From an uncultured delta proteobacterium (GTDB taxonomy: Bacteria > Myxococcota > Myxococcia > Myxococcales > Myxococcaceae), in NCBI GenBank assembly GCA_963771175.1, contig CAVYSY010000024.1, positions 32,001 to 96,000 of the forward strand: a DNA stretch of 64,000 nt, read 5' to 3'. The stretch's first letter is position 1. The number at the start of each line of letters is the position of its first letter. Below the pieces are notes generated by a model. It was not told the DNA's origin, searched no databases, and saw only the letters and a list, made by a program, of their open reading frames with translations. Shown here one piece after another: positions 51,218 to 63,033 of this stretch. The position numbers and the translations under genes were made by a program.

Positions 51218-54200
51218 ATGACCTGGACCGAGGAATCGCTGAGAGCCGAGGGCTTCGAGAACCCGAAGCGCGCCACCAGGGAGCTCTCGGGGCTGGCGGC
51301 GACACTCGGAGCCCCCTCGGCCGAGCGGCTCCACGAGGCCGCGAAGCGGACCTCGGAGCCGGACGAGCTCATCGCGGCCTTCGACCGGAGCCGCGAGGGC
51401 CTCCAGGGTCTCCCCGAGCCCACCCTCTCGCGCCTGCTGGACTGGCTCCCGGCGGTCTTCCACACGAGCACCTTCGCCCCGCGCCTGCTGGCCACGCGTC
51501 CCGGCCTGCCGCGGTGGCTCGCGGGCTCCTGGACGCTGACGCGCGAGAAAACGAAGGAGCAGTACCGCCGCGAGGCCCTGGCCGCCACACGCCGGGCCCT
51601 CCCGACGGACGCGGAGGGCCTTCAGCGCCGCCTGCGCCGCTACAAGTACCGCGAGTTCCTCCGGCTCATGGTGCGCGACGCGGCCCTGCGAGCCCCCATG
51701 GCGGAGCTGGGCCGGGAGCAGTCCGCGCTGGCGGAGGCGCTCATCGGAGCCGCGCTGGCCTGGGCGGAGCGCTCCCTGCAGGCGAAGTACGGTACCCCGG
51801 ACACGCCGGGCTTCTGCATCCTGGGGATGGGGAAGCTGGGAGGCGAGGACCTCAACTTCAGCTCGGACGTGGACCTCATCTACCTGTACCGGGCGGACGG
51901 GCACACCACGGGAGGCACGGCGGGCGCACTGCCCAACGTGCAGTACTTCACCCGGCTGGGCGAGGCGGTGACGCAGGCGCTCACGAAGGTGACGGCGGAG
52001 GGCTTCTGCTACCGGGTGGACCTGAACCTGCGCCCACAGGGACGGGCGGGGGCCATGGTCCTCTCGCTGCCAGCGTCGCTGGCGTACTACGAGACGTTCG
52101 GGCGCACGTGGGAGCGGGCGGCGCTCCTCAAGGCACGGGCGGTGGCGGGAGACGCGACGCTCGCGGAGGAGCTGCTGAGCGAGCTGGAGCCCTTCATCTG
52201 GCGGCGCAGCCTGGACCTGTCGGCGGTGGACGGCCTGCGCGACATGAAGGTGCAGATCGACATGCGCGGCAAGGCGAGCGCGGATGACGTGAAGCTGGGG
52301 CCCGGAGGCATCCGCGAGGTGGAGTTCTTCGTCAACGCGCTCCAGCTGTTGCAGGGAGGCAAGGACCGCACCCTGCGCGAGCCGAGGACGATGCGGGCGC
52401 TGCGCAAGCTGGAGCGAGCGGGCTTCGTGTCGGGCCCGGACGCGGACGCGCTGGAGGAGGCGTACACGCTTCCTGCGGCGGGTGGAGAACCGACTCCAGA
52501 TGCTGGAGGAGCGGCAGACACAGGCACTGCCCACGGGCGAGCGCGAGCGCCGCCGGCTGGCCACCTCGCTCGGCTACCCGGACTGGGACTCCTTCCACGC
52601 CGAGCTGGAGAGACACCGGCGCTTCGTACTGGGAGGCCTTCAACACGCTGCTGGGCCAGACGGCGCGGGATGAAATCCCCGACGAGCCCCTCCTGGCGCT
52701 CGCGCTGGACCCGGACGTGCCGCCGGAGGAGCGCCAGGCGGCCCTGGAGAAGCGGGGCTTCGAGGACCCCGAGCGGGCCCTGGCCGAGCTGGAGCGGCTG
52801 GCGCGGGTGCCCGACTCCCCCTTCGCGCACGGGGGCGTGAAGGCGGTGCGCCTGCTGTCGGAGCTGGCGCAGACGCCGGATCCGGACCAGGCGCTGTTGC
52901 ACTTCTCGGACTTCCTCGCGCGGCTGCACCAGCCCGAGGGCTACCTGGCACTGCTGACGAGCATGCCGAGGGCGAGCCGCCGCCTCTTCAACCTCTTCGG
53001 GCAGAGCGACTACCTCTCGCGCATCTTCCTGCGGCACCCGGAGCTGCTGGACGCGCTGGTGCAGGCGCAGCTCGACGAGGCACTGAAGTCCCCCGAGCGC
53101 ATCCGGCAGGAGCTGGGGGCACGGCTGGCTCGGCACGCGGACCCGGAGGAGAAGCACGCGGCGATGCCGCGCTTCAAGAACGAGGAGCTGCTGCGCATCG
53201 GGCTCAACGACATTGGCGGAGACCTGTCGGTGCCGGAGGTGGCCGAGCAGCTCACGGCGGTGGCGGACGCCATCCTCGACGAGTGCCTCTTCCTGGCGTT
53301 GCAGGAGCAGCGCGAGCGCTATGGCCAGCCACTCGACGCGAGCGGGCAGCGCGAGGGGCTGGTGGTCATCGCCATGGGGAAGCTCGGCGGGTACGAGCTG
53401 GGCTACCACTCGGATCTGGACCTCATCTTCGTCTACAGCGGCAACGGCCAGGCGGAGACGAGCGGGGGCAGCCGAGGCCCCCTCACCCACCACGAGTACT
53501 TCGCCAAGGCGGTGCAGCGGCTGATGACGCTGCTCCAGGTGCAGCTGCGCGAGGGGCACCTCTACAAGATCGACGCGCGACTGCGCCCCTCGGGCAACCA
53601 GGGAGCGCTGGTGGTGAGCCAGGACACCCTGCGCGAGCACCACCAGAAGCGGGCGCAACTGTGGGAGCGGCAGGCGCTCATCAAGGCCCGACCGGCGGCG
53701 GGAGACGCCACACGATTCCAGGCCCTGCGCGAGCAGCTCCTCACCCCACTCGTCTACGAGCGTCCCCTGCCCCCGGACGCGGCGGCGGAGATCGACCGGC
53801 TGCGCACGCGCATGGAGCGCGAGCTGGCCCACGAGAACGCGCAGCAGCTCAACCCGAAGCTGGGCCAGGGTGGACTGGTGGACGTGGAGTTCACCGTCCA
53901 GTACCTGCAACTGGTGCACGGCCGGGAGCACCCCCGGGTGCGGAGCACCAATACCCTGGCGGCGCTGGAGGGCCTGCAGGCCGAGGGCTGCCTCTCCCCC
54001 GAGGACGCCGAGACGCTCCGCCAGGGCTACCTCTTCCTGCGCCGGGTGGAGAACCGGCTGCGGCTCATCCACGCCAGCTCCCTGGAGCACATGCCCACCA
54101 GCGGCCGACCCCTGGCTCAGCTCGCACGCCGGCTGGGCGTCCTCGGCACCGAGCCGGGAGAAACGTTCCTCGGCCAATATCGAGCGTGCGCCATGCGCGT

Positions 54201-54240
54201 ACGGGACGTGTATGCTCGGGTACTTCGCGCCTCTCCTTGA
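51218..54240 (+). CDS. glnE: Bifunctional glutamine synthetase adenylyltransferase/adenylyl-removing enzyme (indels ~52470, ~52635)
   Basis: Two nucleotidyltransferase halves: MGKLGGEDLNFSSDVDL and MGKLGGYELGYHSDLDL; K..GG..EVEF/DVEF. Confidence 0.95.
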
Positions 54241-54258
54241 GTCTGGTCCCCGCCGCCC

Positions 54259-55680
54259 GTGCTGCTGAAGCAACGCTTTCAAATCCTCCGGCCGCTCGAA
54301 GAGATGGAGCTGGCCCTGGTCCGCGCGGCGGTGGACTCGCCGTCGCTGCTGGACTCGCGCGAGGAGACGGTCCTGCGCACCGCGCTGTCCCTGGCGCGCC
54401 TCTACAAGGTCCGCCACGAGGGCCATGACCATTCCGTGGAGAACTGGACCGCCCCCTTCCGCGAGGACGTCTCCCGGCGGCTCGGTCCGATGCTGCTCGG
54501 CAACCGGCGGCTCACCCGCGACCAGCTCGTGCCGCACGTGCGCGACCTGCGCGGCCACACCCTGAAGCTGCGCGACGAGCTCGTCCACCGCCTGCACGGA
54601 CAGGTGCCCGAGGAGATCCTCCACCGCGAGCTGCGGCACAAGTCGCTGGTGGTGGTGGCCGCCGGCGGCGGGGGCTCGGCCTACGTGTACATGGGGGTGA
54701 TGAGCCTGCTGGACGAGCACGGCCTGAAGCCGTCGCTGCTGGCGGGCACCTCCATGGGGGCCATCCTGATGTTGATGCGCTCGCGGATGGCGCGCTTCGA
54801 CGAGTCGGAGCTCGTGGGCATCATCCGCAGCCTGTCCTGGCGGAAGCTCTTCCGGTTCATCTCCACGGAGAACCGCTACGGGCTGCCGGCGGCGCTGCGC
54901 CTGTTCCTGCGCGCGGGACTGGGCCGCTACTTCAACGCGGGGCCGGTGGGCCAGGAGGGAGGCATGCGGCTGAAGGATCTGCCGGTGCCCATCCTCGTCG
55001 CGGTGGGAGGCATCCGGCGGGGGATGCTGCCGCGCCCCCTCGAGTACTACGAGCGCCTGCTGGGCACGAGCCCGGTGAGCCTGCTCAGCCCCGCGGGCGT
55101 GGCGCGCCGCCTCCAGGCGGTGATGGGCACGCTGGCCGAGTTCTTCACCCGGCCGGAGATCATGGTGAAGCTCCACCTGGGCGCGGACGCGACGACGGCG
55201 GGCTTCGACGCGATCGACGCCGCGGGCTTCTCCTCGGCGCTGCCCGGCGTCATCCACTACGACGTGCTGCGCGACGACGCGCACATGCGCGGCCTGTTGG
55301 ACGGACTGATGGAGGAGAAGGGCATCTTCCGGCTCATCGACGGGGGGCTGGTGGACAATCTCCCGGTGAAGGCGGCCTGGAAGGCGGTGCACCACGGCAA
55401 CATCGGCACGCGCAACGTCTTCATGCTCGCGCTGGACGGCTTCGCCCCCCGGCTGAGCACGCCCTTCTGGTTGCCGCTGCAACGGCTCGCGGCGATGACG
55501 GTGGCGCCCAACCTCCCCTACGCGCACCTCGTGAAGCGCTTCGGCCCCACCCTCTCGCCCCTGGAGCTGGTGCCCTCGGTGCAGCTCGCCACCAAGGCCA
55601 TGCACCTCGGCCGCAAGCAGCTCCGCGCGGAGATGCCGTTCTTGACGCGGATGCTCGCCCCCCTCCCTCACCTGGGCTGA
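54259..55680 (+). CDS. Patatin-like phospholipase
   Basis: Gly-rich GGGG loop, GTSMG nucleophile, DGG. Confidence 0.85.
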   Translation: MLLKQRFQILRPLEEMELALVRAAVDSPSLLDSREETVLRTALSLARLYKVRHEGHDHSVENWTAPFREDVSRRLGPMLLGNRRLTRDQLVPHVRDLRGHTLKLRDELVHRLHGQVPEEILHRELRHKSLVVVAAGGGGSAYVYMGVMSLLDEHGLKPSLLAGTSMGAILMLMRSRMARFDESELVGIIRSLSWRKLFRFISTENRYGLPAALRLFLRAGLGRYFNAGPVGQEGGMRLKDLPVPILVAVGGIRRGMLPRPLEYYERLLGTSPVSLLSPAGVARRLQAVMGTLAEFFTRPEIMVKLHLGADATTAGFDAIDAAGFSSALPGVIHYDVLRDDAHMRGLLDGLMEEKGIFRLIDGGLVDNLPVKAAWKAVHHGNIGTRNVFMLALDGFAPRLSTPFWLPLQRLAAMTVAPNLPYAHLVKRFGPTLSPLELVPSVQLATKAMHLGRKQLRAEMPFLTRMLAPLPHLG

Positions 55681-55761
55681 CGAGTTACTTTGAATTAAAA
55701 CAATCTCCTGGGAGAATCCCCCCGCGTTCTTCCCCCCTTCCCGACCAAGAGGTCCCCCCAC

Positions 55762-56709
55762 ATGAGTTCCACCTCCTCCGGCGTCCTACGCTCCGACCAG
55801 ATCTGGCTCGATGGAAAGCTGGTCAAATGGGAGGAAGGCCAGGTCCACGTGATGACCCACGCCCTGCACTACGGCCTGGGGGTCTTCGAGGGCATCCGGG
55901 CCTACCGCACGCACGACGGCCGACTCGCGGTGTTCCGCCTGCGCGAGCACATCGAGCGCCTGCTCGACTCGGCCCACATCGTGATGATGAAGCTCCCCTA
56001 CACGGTGGAGCAGCTCATGGAGGGGTGCCTGGAGTTGCTGCGCAAGCAGCGGGACCAGTTCGCCAACGGGGCCTACCTGCGCCCCATCGCCTTCATGGGT
56101 GACGGAGCCATGGGCCTGGGCGCCATCAACCCCACCCGCGTGGCCGTCACCGCCTGGGACTGGGGCGCGTACCTCGGGGACAAGGGCATCCGCGAGGGCA
56201 TCCGCGCCAAGGTGAGCTCCTACACCCGCATGCACGTGAACGTGAACATGGTGCGCGGGAAGATCTCCGGCCAGTACGTCAACTCCATCCTCGCCAAGCG
56301 CGAGGCCGTGCTCGCCGGCTACGACGAGGCCATCCTCCTGGACATCAGCGGCTTCGTGGCCGAGGCCTCCGGCGAGAACCTCTTCCTCGTCAACAAGAAG
56401 GGCGTCATCAAGACTCCGCCCCTCTCCTCCCCCATCCTCGACGGCATCACCCGCGACTCGGTGATCCGCATCCTGCGCGACTCCGGCCGGCACGTGGAGG
56501 AGGTGACCGTCACCCGCGACGCCCTCTACATCGCCAACGAGGTCTTCTTCACCGGCACCGCCGCGGAGATCACCCCGGTGCGCGAGGTGGACAACCGCCA
56601 GGTGGGCACCGGCAAGCCCGGTCCCATCACCCAGTTCGTCCAGGAGACCTACTTCCGCGCCGTCCGGGGCCAGGAGCCGCGCTACGCCGAGTGGCTCACC
56701 TACGTCTGA
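55762..56709 (+). CDS. ilvE: Branched-chain amino acid aminotransferase
   Basis: HALHYG.GVFEGIRAY, K.SGQYVNS, E.SGEN.F, ILDGITR, TGTAAE. Confidence 0.95.
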   Translation: MSSTSSGVLRSDQIWLDGKLVKWEEGQVHVMTHALHYGLGVFEGIRAYRTHDGRLAVFRLREHIERLLDSAHIVMMKLPYTVEQLMEGCLELLRKQRDQFANGAYLRPIAFMGDGAMGLGAINPTRVAVTAWDWGAYLGDKGIREGIRAKVSSYTRMHVNVNMVRGKISGQYVNSILAKREAVLAGYDEAILLDISGFVAEASGENLFLVNKKGVIKTPPLSSPILDGITRDSVIRILRDSGRHVEEVTVTRDALYIANEVFFTGTAAEITPVREVDNRQVGTGKPGPITQFVQETYFRAVRGQEPRYAEWLTYV

Positions 56710-56776
56710 CCCCTGAGCGAACAGGAACTCGGGAGACGTACCGGAAGGGGGGCGGATCGGCTAGAAACGGGGTCCG

Positions 56777-58111
56777 ATGCGCCTCGAGTACGCCGCCACC
56801 CCCAATCCGTTCAATCTCGAGAACCCGACCATCCTCGACGTCGCTCCGCCGGAGCCCAAGTCGCTGGAGGAGACGGGGCTGAAGATCGGCCTGCTGTCGG
56901 ACATCGCCCTCCGGTACCTGTACTACTCGGGAACCGGAACGGGCATGGACATCGCCCAGGAACTGCGGCTGCCCTGGCCCGGCGTCATCGAGCGCGTGGT
57001 GGACTTCCTCACCGCCGAGAAGCTCGTGGACCTCCGGGGCGGCAAGGGCTTCGGCCGCGCCTCGGTGGACTTCGTCCTCACCGAGAAGGGCCGCGAGTAC
57101 GCGCGCGGTGCCATCGAGCGCAGCACCTACGTGGGCCCCGCCCCCGTCCCCATCGAGCAGTACAACGCCGTCATCACCGCGCAGCAGGAGGAGAACCCCG
57201 TCATCAGCCGCGAGGACCTGGTGATGGGCCTGGCCCACCTCACCGTCTCCGCGGACCTGATGGACAAGCTGGGGCCGGCGGTGAACTCCAGCCGCTCGCT
57301 CTTCCTCTACGGCCCCCCGGGCAACGGCAAGACGAGCCTCGCCGAGGCCATCAGCCGCATGTTCGGCGGCGAGGTCTTCATCCCCCACTGCCTGGAGATC
57401 GACAACCAGATCATCAAGGTCTTCGACATCCTCAACCACACCGCCGTCCCGCTCGAGTCCGAGCGCGACGGCTCGGGCCGTCGGCAGACCTTCGAGATGG
57501 ACAACCGCTGGCTGCTCTGCCGACGTCCGGCCGTGGTGGTGGGCGGCGAGCTGACGCTGGAGACGCTGGACCTCATCTACTCGCCCACGGCGCGCTTCTA
57601 CGAGGCCCCGTTCCAGGTGAAGGCCAACGGCGGGATGCTCCTCATCGACGACTTCGGCCGCCAGAAGGTCCACCCCACGGACCTGCTCAACCGGTGGATC
57701 GTCCCCCTGGAGAAGCGGATCGACTTCCTCACCCTCCACACGGGCAAGAAGTTCGAGATCCCCTTCGATCAGCTCCTCGTCTTCTCCACCAATTTGGACC
57801 CCAAGGAACTGGTGGACGAGGCCTTCCTGCGCCGCATCAAGTACAAGATCGAGGTCTCCAACCCGGACGAGGAGACCTACCGGGAGATCTTCGCCCGGGT
57901 GTGCGAGGCGGCGGGCATCCCCTACGTGGAACAGGCCGTCACCTACCTCATCGAGCACTACTACAAGCCGAGGAACATGCAGATGCGTGCCTGCCACCCG
58001 CGCGACCTGGTGCAGCTCATCAAGGACGCCGCCCGCTACCGGCAGATTCCCCCGGCGCTCTCCAAGGATCTGCTCGACCAGGCGTGCGAGGTCTTCCTCG
58101 TCAGCTTGTAG
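56777..58111 (+). CDS. AAA+ ATPase of unknown function with N-terminal winged-helix-like region
   Basis: GPPGNGKT, LLIDDFGRQ, FSTN, DEAFLRRI. Confidence 0.85.
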   Translation: MRLEYAATPNPFNLENPTILDVAPPEPKSLEETGLKIGLLSDIALRYLYYSGTGTGMDIAQELRLPWPGVIERVVDFLTAEKLVDLRGGKGFGRASVDFVLTEKGREYARGAIERSTYVGPAPVPIEQYNAVITAQQEENPVISREDLVMGLAHLTVSADLMDKLGPAVNSSRSLFLYGPPGNGKTSLAEAISRMFGGEVFIPHCLEIDNQIIKVFDILNHTAVPLESERDGSGRRQTFEMDNRWLLCRRPAVVVGGELTLETLDLIYSPTARFYEAPFQVKANGGMLLIDDFGRQKVHPTDLLNRWIVPLEKRIDFLTLHTGKKFEIPFDQLLVFSTNLDPKELVDEAFLRRIKYKIEVSNPDEETYREIFARVCEAAGIPYVEQAVTYLIEHYYKPRNMQMRACHPRDLVQLIKDAARYRQIPPALSKDLLDQACEVFLVSL

Positions 58112-58251
58112 AAGATCGACAGGTGTATCGTTTTAATTGTCCTAAACGCCCGGAATTTCTACAATCCAGAGTACGTTGTCCCCGCCGGTCCGGCTCTTCC
58201 GGTCTGACCCACCGGTCATGCCGGGAGCCGGTGCGAAGGAGCGTCAAGTCC

Positions 58252-59133
58252 GTGAAGGAACGCTACCAAGATATCGACGAGAAGAACGAGACCCTGCGCG
58301 ACTACCTGGGCATTTTCAAGGACAGGTCCAAGGACTTCCTTGAGCAGTTCGAGATGTCGTGGATCTACCACGACGCGGCGCTCGAAGGGACGGTGTACAC
58401 GCAACAGGAGTTGCTGTCGGCGTTGTTCCCCGAGCGGGCCAGCATGGACCCGGCGATGATCCCGGTGGTGCTGGAGATCCGCAACCACAAGGCCGCGTGC
58501 GACTACATCCGCGAGGAGGCCACGGCCACCGGCAAGAAGCAGACGCAGATCACGCTGACCACCATCAAGCGGATCCACGATCTGCTGTGTGGCAACACGC
58601 CCGAGGCGCAGGCGATCCGCGCCAACATCGAGCGGCGGGAGCGAACGGAGAAGGAGCTGGCCAAGGAGCGAGACCGCAGTGGCTACCGCAAGGACATGCC
58701 CCTGCACCGCACCTACTTCCACGAGATCGCCCAGCCCGCGAAGATCCAGCCCCTGCTGGAGAAGCTGGTGGACTACACCGGCACCGCCGAGTTCCGCGAG
58801 TTCCACCCCATCAAGCAGGCGGCGATGGTCCAGCACAGGTTCATGCAGATCTTCCCCTTCACGGAGAACAGCGGGAAGGTCGGCCGGATGCTCACCAACC
58901 TGGTGCTGCTGCGCAACGGGTACATGCCGGCGATCATCCACTCCATCGATCGGCAGCGGTACTACGAGTCCCTACGCGGCGCCGAGGGCGTGTTCCGCGC
59001 CCTGTTGATGGATGCCATCGAGAACTCGCTCGACAACGGCGTCAAGTACTTCAGGGACCTGAGCCGCCGTTACAAGGCCATCACAACTAGCCTGTGCGGG
59101 TCGGGGCTCACGAATCCATCGCCGGAGGCGTGA
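58252..59133 (+). CDS. Fic family protein with degenerate active site (true stop may be TAG ~59090 if there is an indel)
   Basis: IYHDAALEG, EIRNH, HPIKQAA..HRFMQIFPFTENSGKVGR; AGGAG RBS before GTG 58252. Confidence 0.8.
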   Translation: MKERYQDIDEKNETLRDYLGIFKDRSKDFLEQFEMSWIYHDAALEGTVYTQQELLSALFPERASMDPAMIPVVLEIRNHKAACDYIREEATATGKKQTQITLTTIKRIHDLLCGNTPEAQAIRANIERRERTEKELAKERDRSGYRKDMPLHRTYFHEIAQPAKIQPLLEKLVDYTGTAEFREFHPIKQAAMVQHRFMQIFPFTENSGKVGRMLTNLVLLRNGYMPAIIHSIDRQRYYESLRGAEGVFRALLMDAIENSLDNGVKYFRDLSRRYKAITTSLCGSGLTNPSPEA

Positions 59134-59487
59134 GCCGGGCCCTGCGCGAGCCGGTGGCGCTTCCGAGCACCTGACGGAAGCGCCGCTCCCGGACGAGGGA
59201 GACGGGGACGCCTGGGCATCTGTCTGTCTGGACACCTGCCATCTGTTCGCGGCCGGGTACGACTTGTCGACGAATGCCGGTTACGATGAGGCGATGACCG
59301 CGTGTGACCGGGCAGTGGGGCTGGAGGTGGGCAAGGGAGCGATCGGGCTCACGCCTTTCCGCCGCCTCACGAAGGATCCACGGTTCGTCAACCCCCTAGG
59401 AATCCTGGAGACGCCTTTTCCGGAGCGTTACGCAGAAGCCATCGAGCTTCTCGAATCGCTCGGCCGGAGGAAGTAAACAGCGCACCC

Positions 59488-60617
59488 ATGCCTGCTACAC
59501 CGACAGCCAACAGCCGCAGATCGACGCCCGGAGGCGGAGAGGGTACGGAGCCTCCGGAACCGCGCCTCGCACACCTGCCGGCGCGAGCCAAGCTGGAGCG
59601 GCTGCTGCGGGTGGCCAAGGGCCACAAGAAGCTCCTGGTTCTCACCCACGACAATCCGGATCCGGACTCCATCGCGGCGGCGGTGGCGCTGGCCCACCTG
59701 CTGAAGGAACGGGCGGGTGTGGAGGGGGCCCGGGTCGGCTACGGCGGCATCATCGGCCGGGCGGAGAACATCGCCTTCGTGAAGGTGCTCCGCCTGCCCG
59801 TCACCCCCATCGCCCAGCTCGACTTCGACGAGTACGATCTGCTGGCGCTGGTGGACACGCAGCCCCCCACGGGCAACCACGCCATTCCCCCGCGGCTGCG
59901 AGGCGAGGTGGACATCGTCATTGATCACCACCCGCTGCGCGACAAGAGCCTCGAGGCGCCCTTCGCGGACGTGGGCGGCGACTTCGGCGCCACCTCGACG
60001 ATGCTGGCGGAGTACCTGCGCGCCGCGCGGCTGGAGCCTTCGGTGGAGGTGGCCACCGCGCTCTTCTACGGCATCAAGGCGGACACGCGGGACCTGGGCC
60101 GCGAGACGACCCAGACGGACATCGACAGCTACCTGTGGCTGTTCCCGCGGATGGACAAGCAGCTCCTGGGCCAGATCGAGCACCCGGAGCTGCCCGCGCG
60201 CTACTTCCAGCTCTACCACACGGCCTTCGAGCGGGCGAAGGTGTACGGGGACACGGCCATCGTGACGGACCTGGAGGAGGTCTACTCCCCGGACATGGTG
60301 GCCGAGGTGGCCGAGCGGCTGATGTTCCTCGAGGGGATGAAGTGGTCGCTGGCGTACGGCACGTACCGCAACCAGCTCTTCCTGTCGCTGCGGGTGAAGG
60401 ACCGGCGCATGAACGCGGGCCGGCTCATCCGGGAGATCTGCGAGGACCTCGGCGGCTCGGCGGGTGGCCACGGCAGCATGGCGGGCGCGCGGATTCCGCT
60501 GTCGGGACGAGCCGCGCAGCGCAAGGCGTTCAAGCGCGAGCTGGTGCGCCGCTTCCTCGAAGCCTTCGGAGTGGCGGACGAGCGTCCGGTGGCGCTGCTG
60601 TCCGCGCCACGCCGTGA
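59488..60617 (+). CDS. DHH family phosphoesterase (NrnA-like; indel near the 3' end)
   Basis: THDNPDPDSI, LVDT, IDHH, GIKADT, GGHGSMAG; TGA 60615-60617 overlaps the next GTG. Confidence 0.87.
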
Positions 60618-61759
60618 TCTACTGGGACTACAACGCGGCCGCGCCGCTGCGGCCGGAGGTGGCCACGCTGCTGGCGCGGGCCTTCTCCGAGGGCGGCTCG
60701 GGGCAATGCCTCCAGCGTGCACCGGCAGCGGGCGCGACGCCCGGGCGCGCCTGGACGCGGCGCGCGCGCGGGTGGCGCGCGTGCTGGGCTGCGAGCCGAA
60801 GGAGGTGTGCTTCACCGGCTCGGGCTCGGAGTCCGACGCGCTGGCGCTGAAGGGCGCCTTGCTCGCGCGGCCGGACGCCGGCGGCGGCGCGTCGTCGCCT
60901 CGGCCATCGAGCACCCGGCGGTGCTGGCCGCGCTGAAGCAGCTGGAGGCGCTGGGCGCGGAGGTGGTGCGGGTGCGCCCGGGGCCCGACGGCCGGGTGCC
61001 GCTGGAGGCACTGCTCGAGGCGCTGACCCCGGACACCGCGCTGTGCTCGCTGATGTGGGCGAACAACGAGACGGGCGTGGTGCAGCCGGCGCGCGGAGCT
61101 GGCCCGGGCCTGCCGGCAGCGGGGCATCCTCTTCCACACGGACGCGGTGCAGGCGGCGGGAAAGCTGCCGCTGCAGCCTGCGCGAGGTGGACGCGGACCT
61201 GCTCTCGCTGTCGGCGCACAAGTTCGGCGGACCGCCGGGCGTGGGCGTGCTGGTGGTGCGCGGGGCGCTCGCGCTGCAGCCGCTGACGCCGGGGCACCAG
61301 GAGGCGGGCCGGCGCGGCGGCACGCACAACGTGCCCTACGTGGAGGCGCTGGCGCTGGCGCTGGAGCTGGCCCAGGCCGAGCAGCCGGCGCACGCGGCGC
61401 GGGTGGAGCGCCTGCGCGACACGCTTCGAGCGCGAGGTGCGCGCGCGCATCCCGGCGTGACGCGTGAACGGCGGCGGGCGCGCCCCGGGTGCCCAACACC
61501 AGCAACCTGTACTTCGAGGGCGCGGACGGCGAGGCGCTGCTCATCGCACTGGACCTGGAGGGCATCAGCGTCTCCGTCGGGCGCCGCGTGCGCCTCGGGC
61601 TCGCTGACGCCCTCGCACGTGCTGCGGGCGCAGGGGCTGAGCGAGGCGCAGGCCCGCGCGAGCCTGCGCTTCTCGCTGGGGCCCGAGGCGAGCGAGGACG
61701 AGGTGGCGCGGGTGGTCGCCGCGCTGAGCACGCACGTGCCGGCCGCGCGCGCCCCGTAG
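60614..61759 (+). CDS. Cysteine desulfurase IscS/NifS family (many indels)
   Basis: [51 protein letters not shown] spread across frames. Confidence 0.87.
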
Positions 61760-61769
61760 CCTGAAAGCG

Positions 61770-61990
61770 CTACCAGTCCTGGTCGGGCAGCTTGTCCTGG
61801 CGCACCTCGGGAGGCGGCTCGCCGTAGCCGGGCTCGCCGTCAGCGGCTCCTCGTGAGGTCTCCTTGCGGTGCTCCTGCTCGGGCGGCCTGAGACGCGGCG
61901 CTCGGCCTCCTTGCGCGGGGCCTGCTCGGGCTCGGGGTTCTGGGTCTTCGGGGGCCATTCGTGGGTCCTCCTGGCGCCCAAAGCTCGGCA
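61770..61990 (-). CDS. Small hydrophilic hypothetical protein (start uncertain, indels)
   Basis: C-terminus GEPGYGEPPPEVRQDKLPDQDW-TAG with host-like codons. Confidence 0.4.
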
Positions 61991-62076
61991 CGCCCGCGGG
62001 CCGCGCGCAGCCGCACCGCGCCCGGGCAGCGGAGCGGCGGCCTCCCTCACGCGCTCCCCACGGGGCAGGCGGCCGC

Positions 62077-63029
62077 TCAGCCCTCGTCGCTGGTGCCGAA
62101 GAGCCCGCGCACCAGGGCGGCGATGGCCAGCGGCGTGCCCACCCGCTCGTCGAAGTGCGGCGTGAGCGCCTCGGCGTAGGCCTCGGCCGCGGAGGGGAAG
62201 CGGTCCTCGACCCGCGCGGCGAAGCCCCGTGCGATGACGGCCTCCAGGGCCTCGGGAAGCTCCGGGCGCAGCAAGCTGCGGCGGGCGGTAGGCGCGGGCG
62301 CGGATGGCGTCGAAGACGGCCTCCGGGGTGGGGCCGGTGAAGGGGCGCTCGAGCGTGAGCAGCTCGTAGAGCACGACGGTGGCGGCCCAGAGATCCAGCT
62401 GCGGCCCGACCTCGCCCTGCAGCGCCTCGGGCGAGAGGTAGTAGGGCTTGCCCAGCACCTCGCCGCCCGAGAGCGCGCTGCCCACGCGCACGCGGGCCAC
62501 GCCGAAGTCGCCCAGCTTGATGTCCCCCAGGCGCGAGATGAAGACGTTGGAGGGCGAGACGTCGCAGTGCACGATGCCCAGCGGCTCGCCGCCGGGGACC
62601 GCGCGCGCCCGTGCGCGTAGGCCAGCGCCTCGAGCAGCACCTTGGCCAGGTAGACCCCGAAGTCCACGGGCAGGGGATGCCGCGCGCCTTGCAGCGGCGC
62701 AGGATCTGGCCCAGGTCGCGCCCGTCCACCAGCTCCATCACGATGAAGTACTGGCCGTCCACGCGCGCCCACCTCGAGCACGCTGGACGATGTTGGGGTG
62801 CGTCGAGCTGCTGGGTGAGGTCGGCCTCGCCGAGTGAAGCGCACCACCGTGTCCGCGTCCTCGGTGAGCGGCGGGCAGCAGCCGCTTGAGCGGCCACCGT
62901 CCAGCCCTGGCGCGGCCCGGAGCGCACGCGCGCCCGGAAGACCTCGGCCATGCCCCCCTTGCCGAGCTTCGACAGGATCTCGTAGTTGCCGAGGAGCCGG
63001 GGGGCCCGCGACGTGGAAGAGGTGCTCAC
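62077..63029 (-). CDS. Hanks-type Ser/Thr protein kinase (many indels)
   Basis: LGKGGMAEVF, MELVDG.DL, HCDVSPSN, KLGDFG, GKPYYLSPE, DLWA. Confidence 0.88.
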
Positions 63030-63033
63030 GCGC

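Noticed and set aside
52087..55761. 1224-aa minus-strand ORF
   Set aside because: Antisense shadow of glnE and the patatin gene
59134..59487. Small ORF 59264..59476 or an ncRNA between the Fic-like and DHH genes
   Set aside because: Weak codon bias, no recognisable motif or RNA family; cannot be supported without a covariance or homology search
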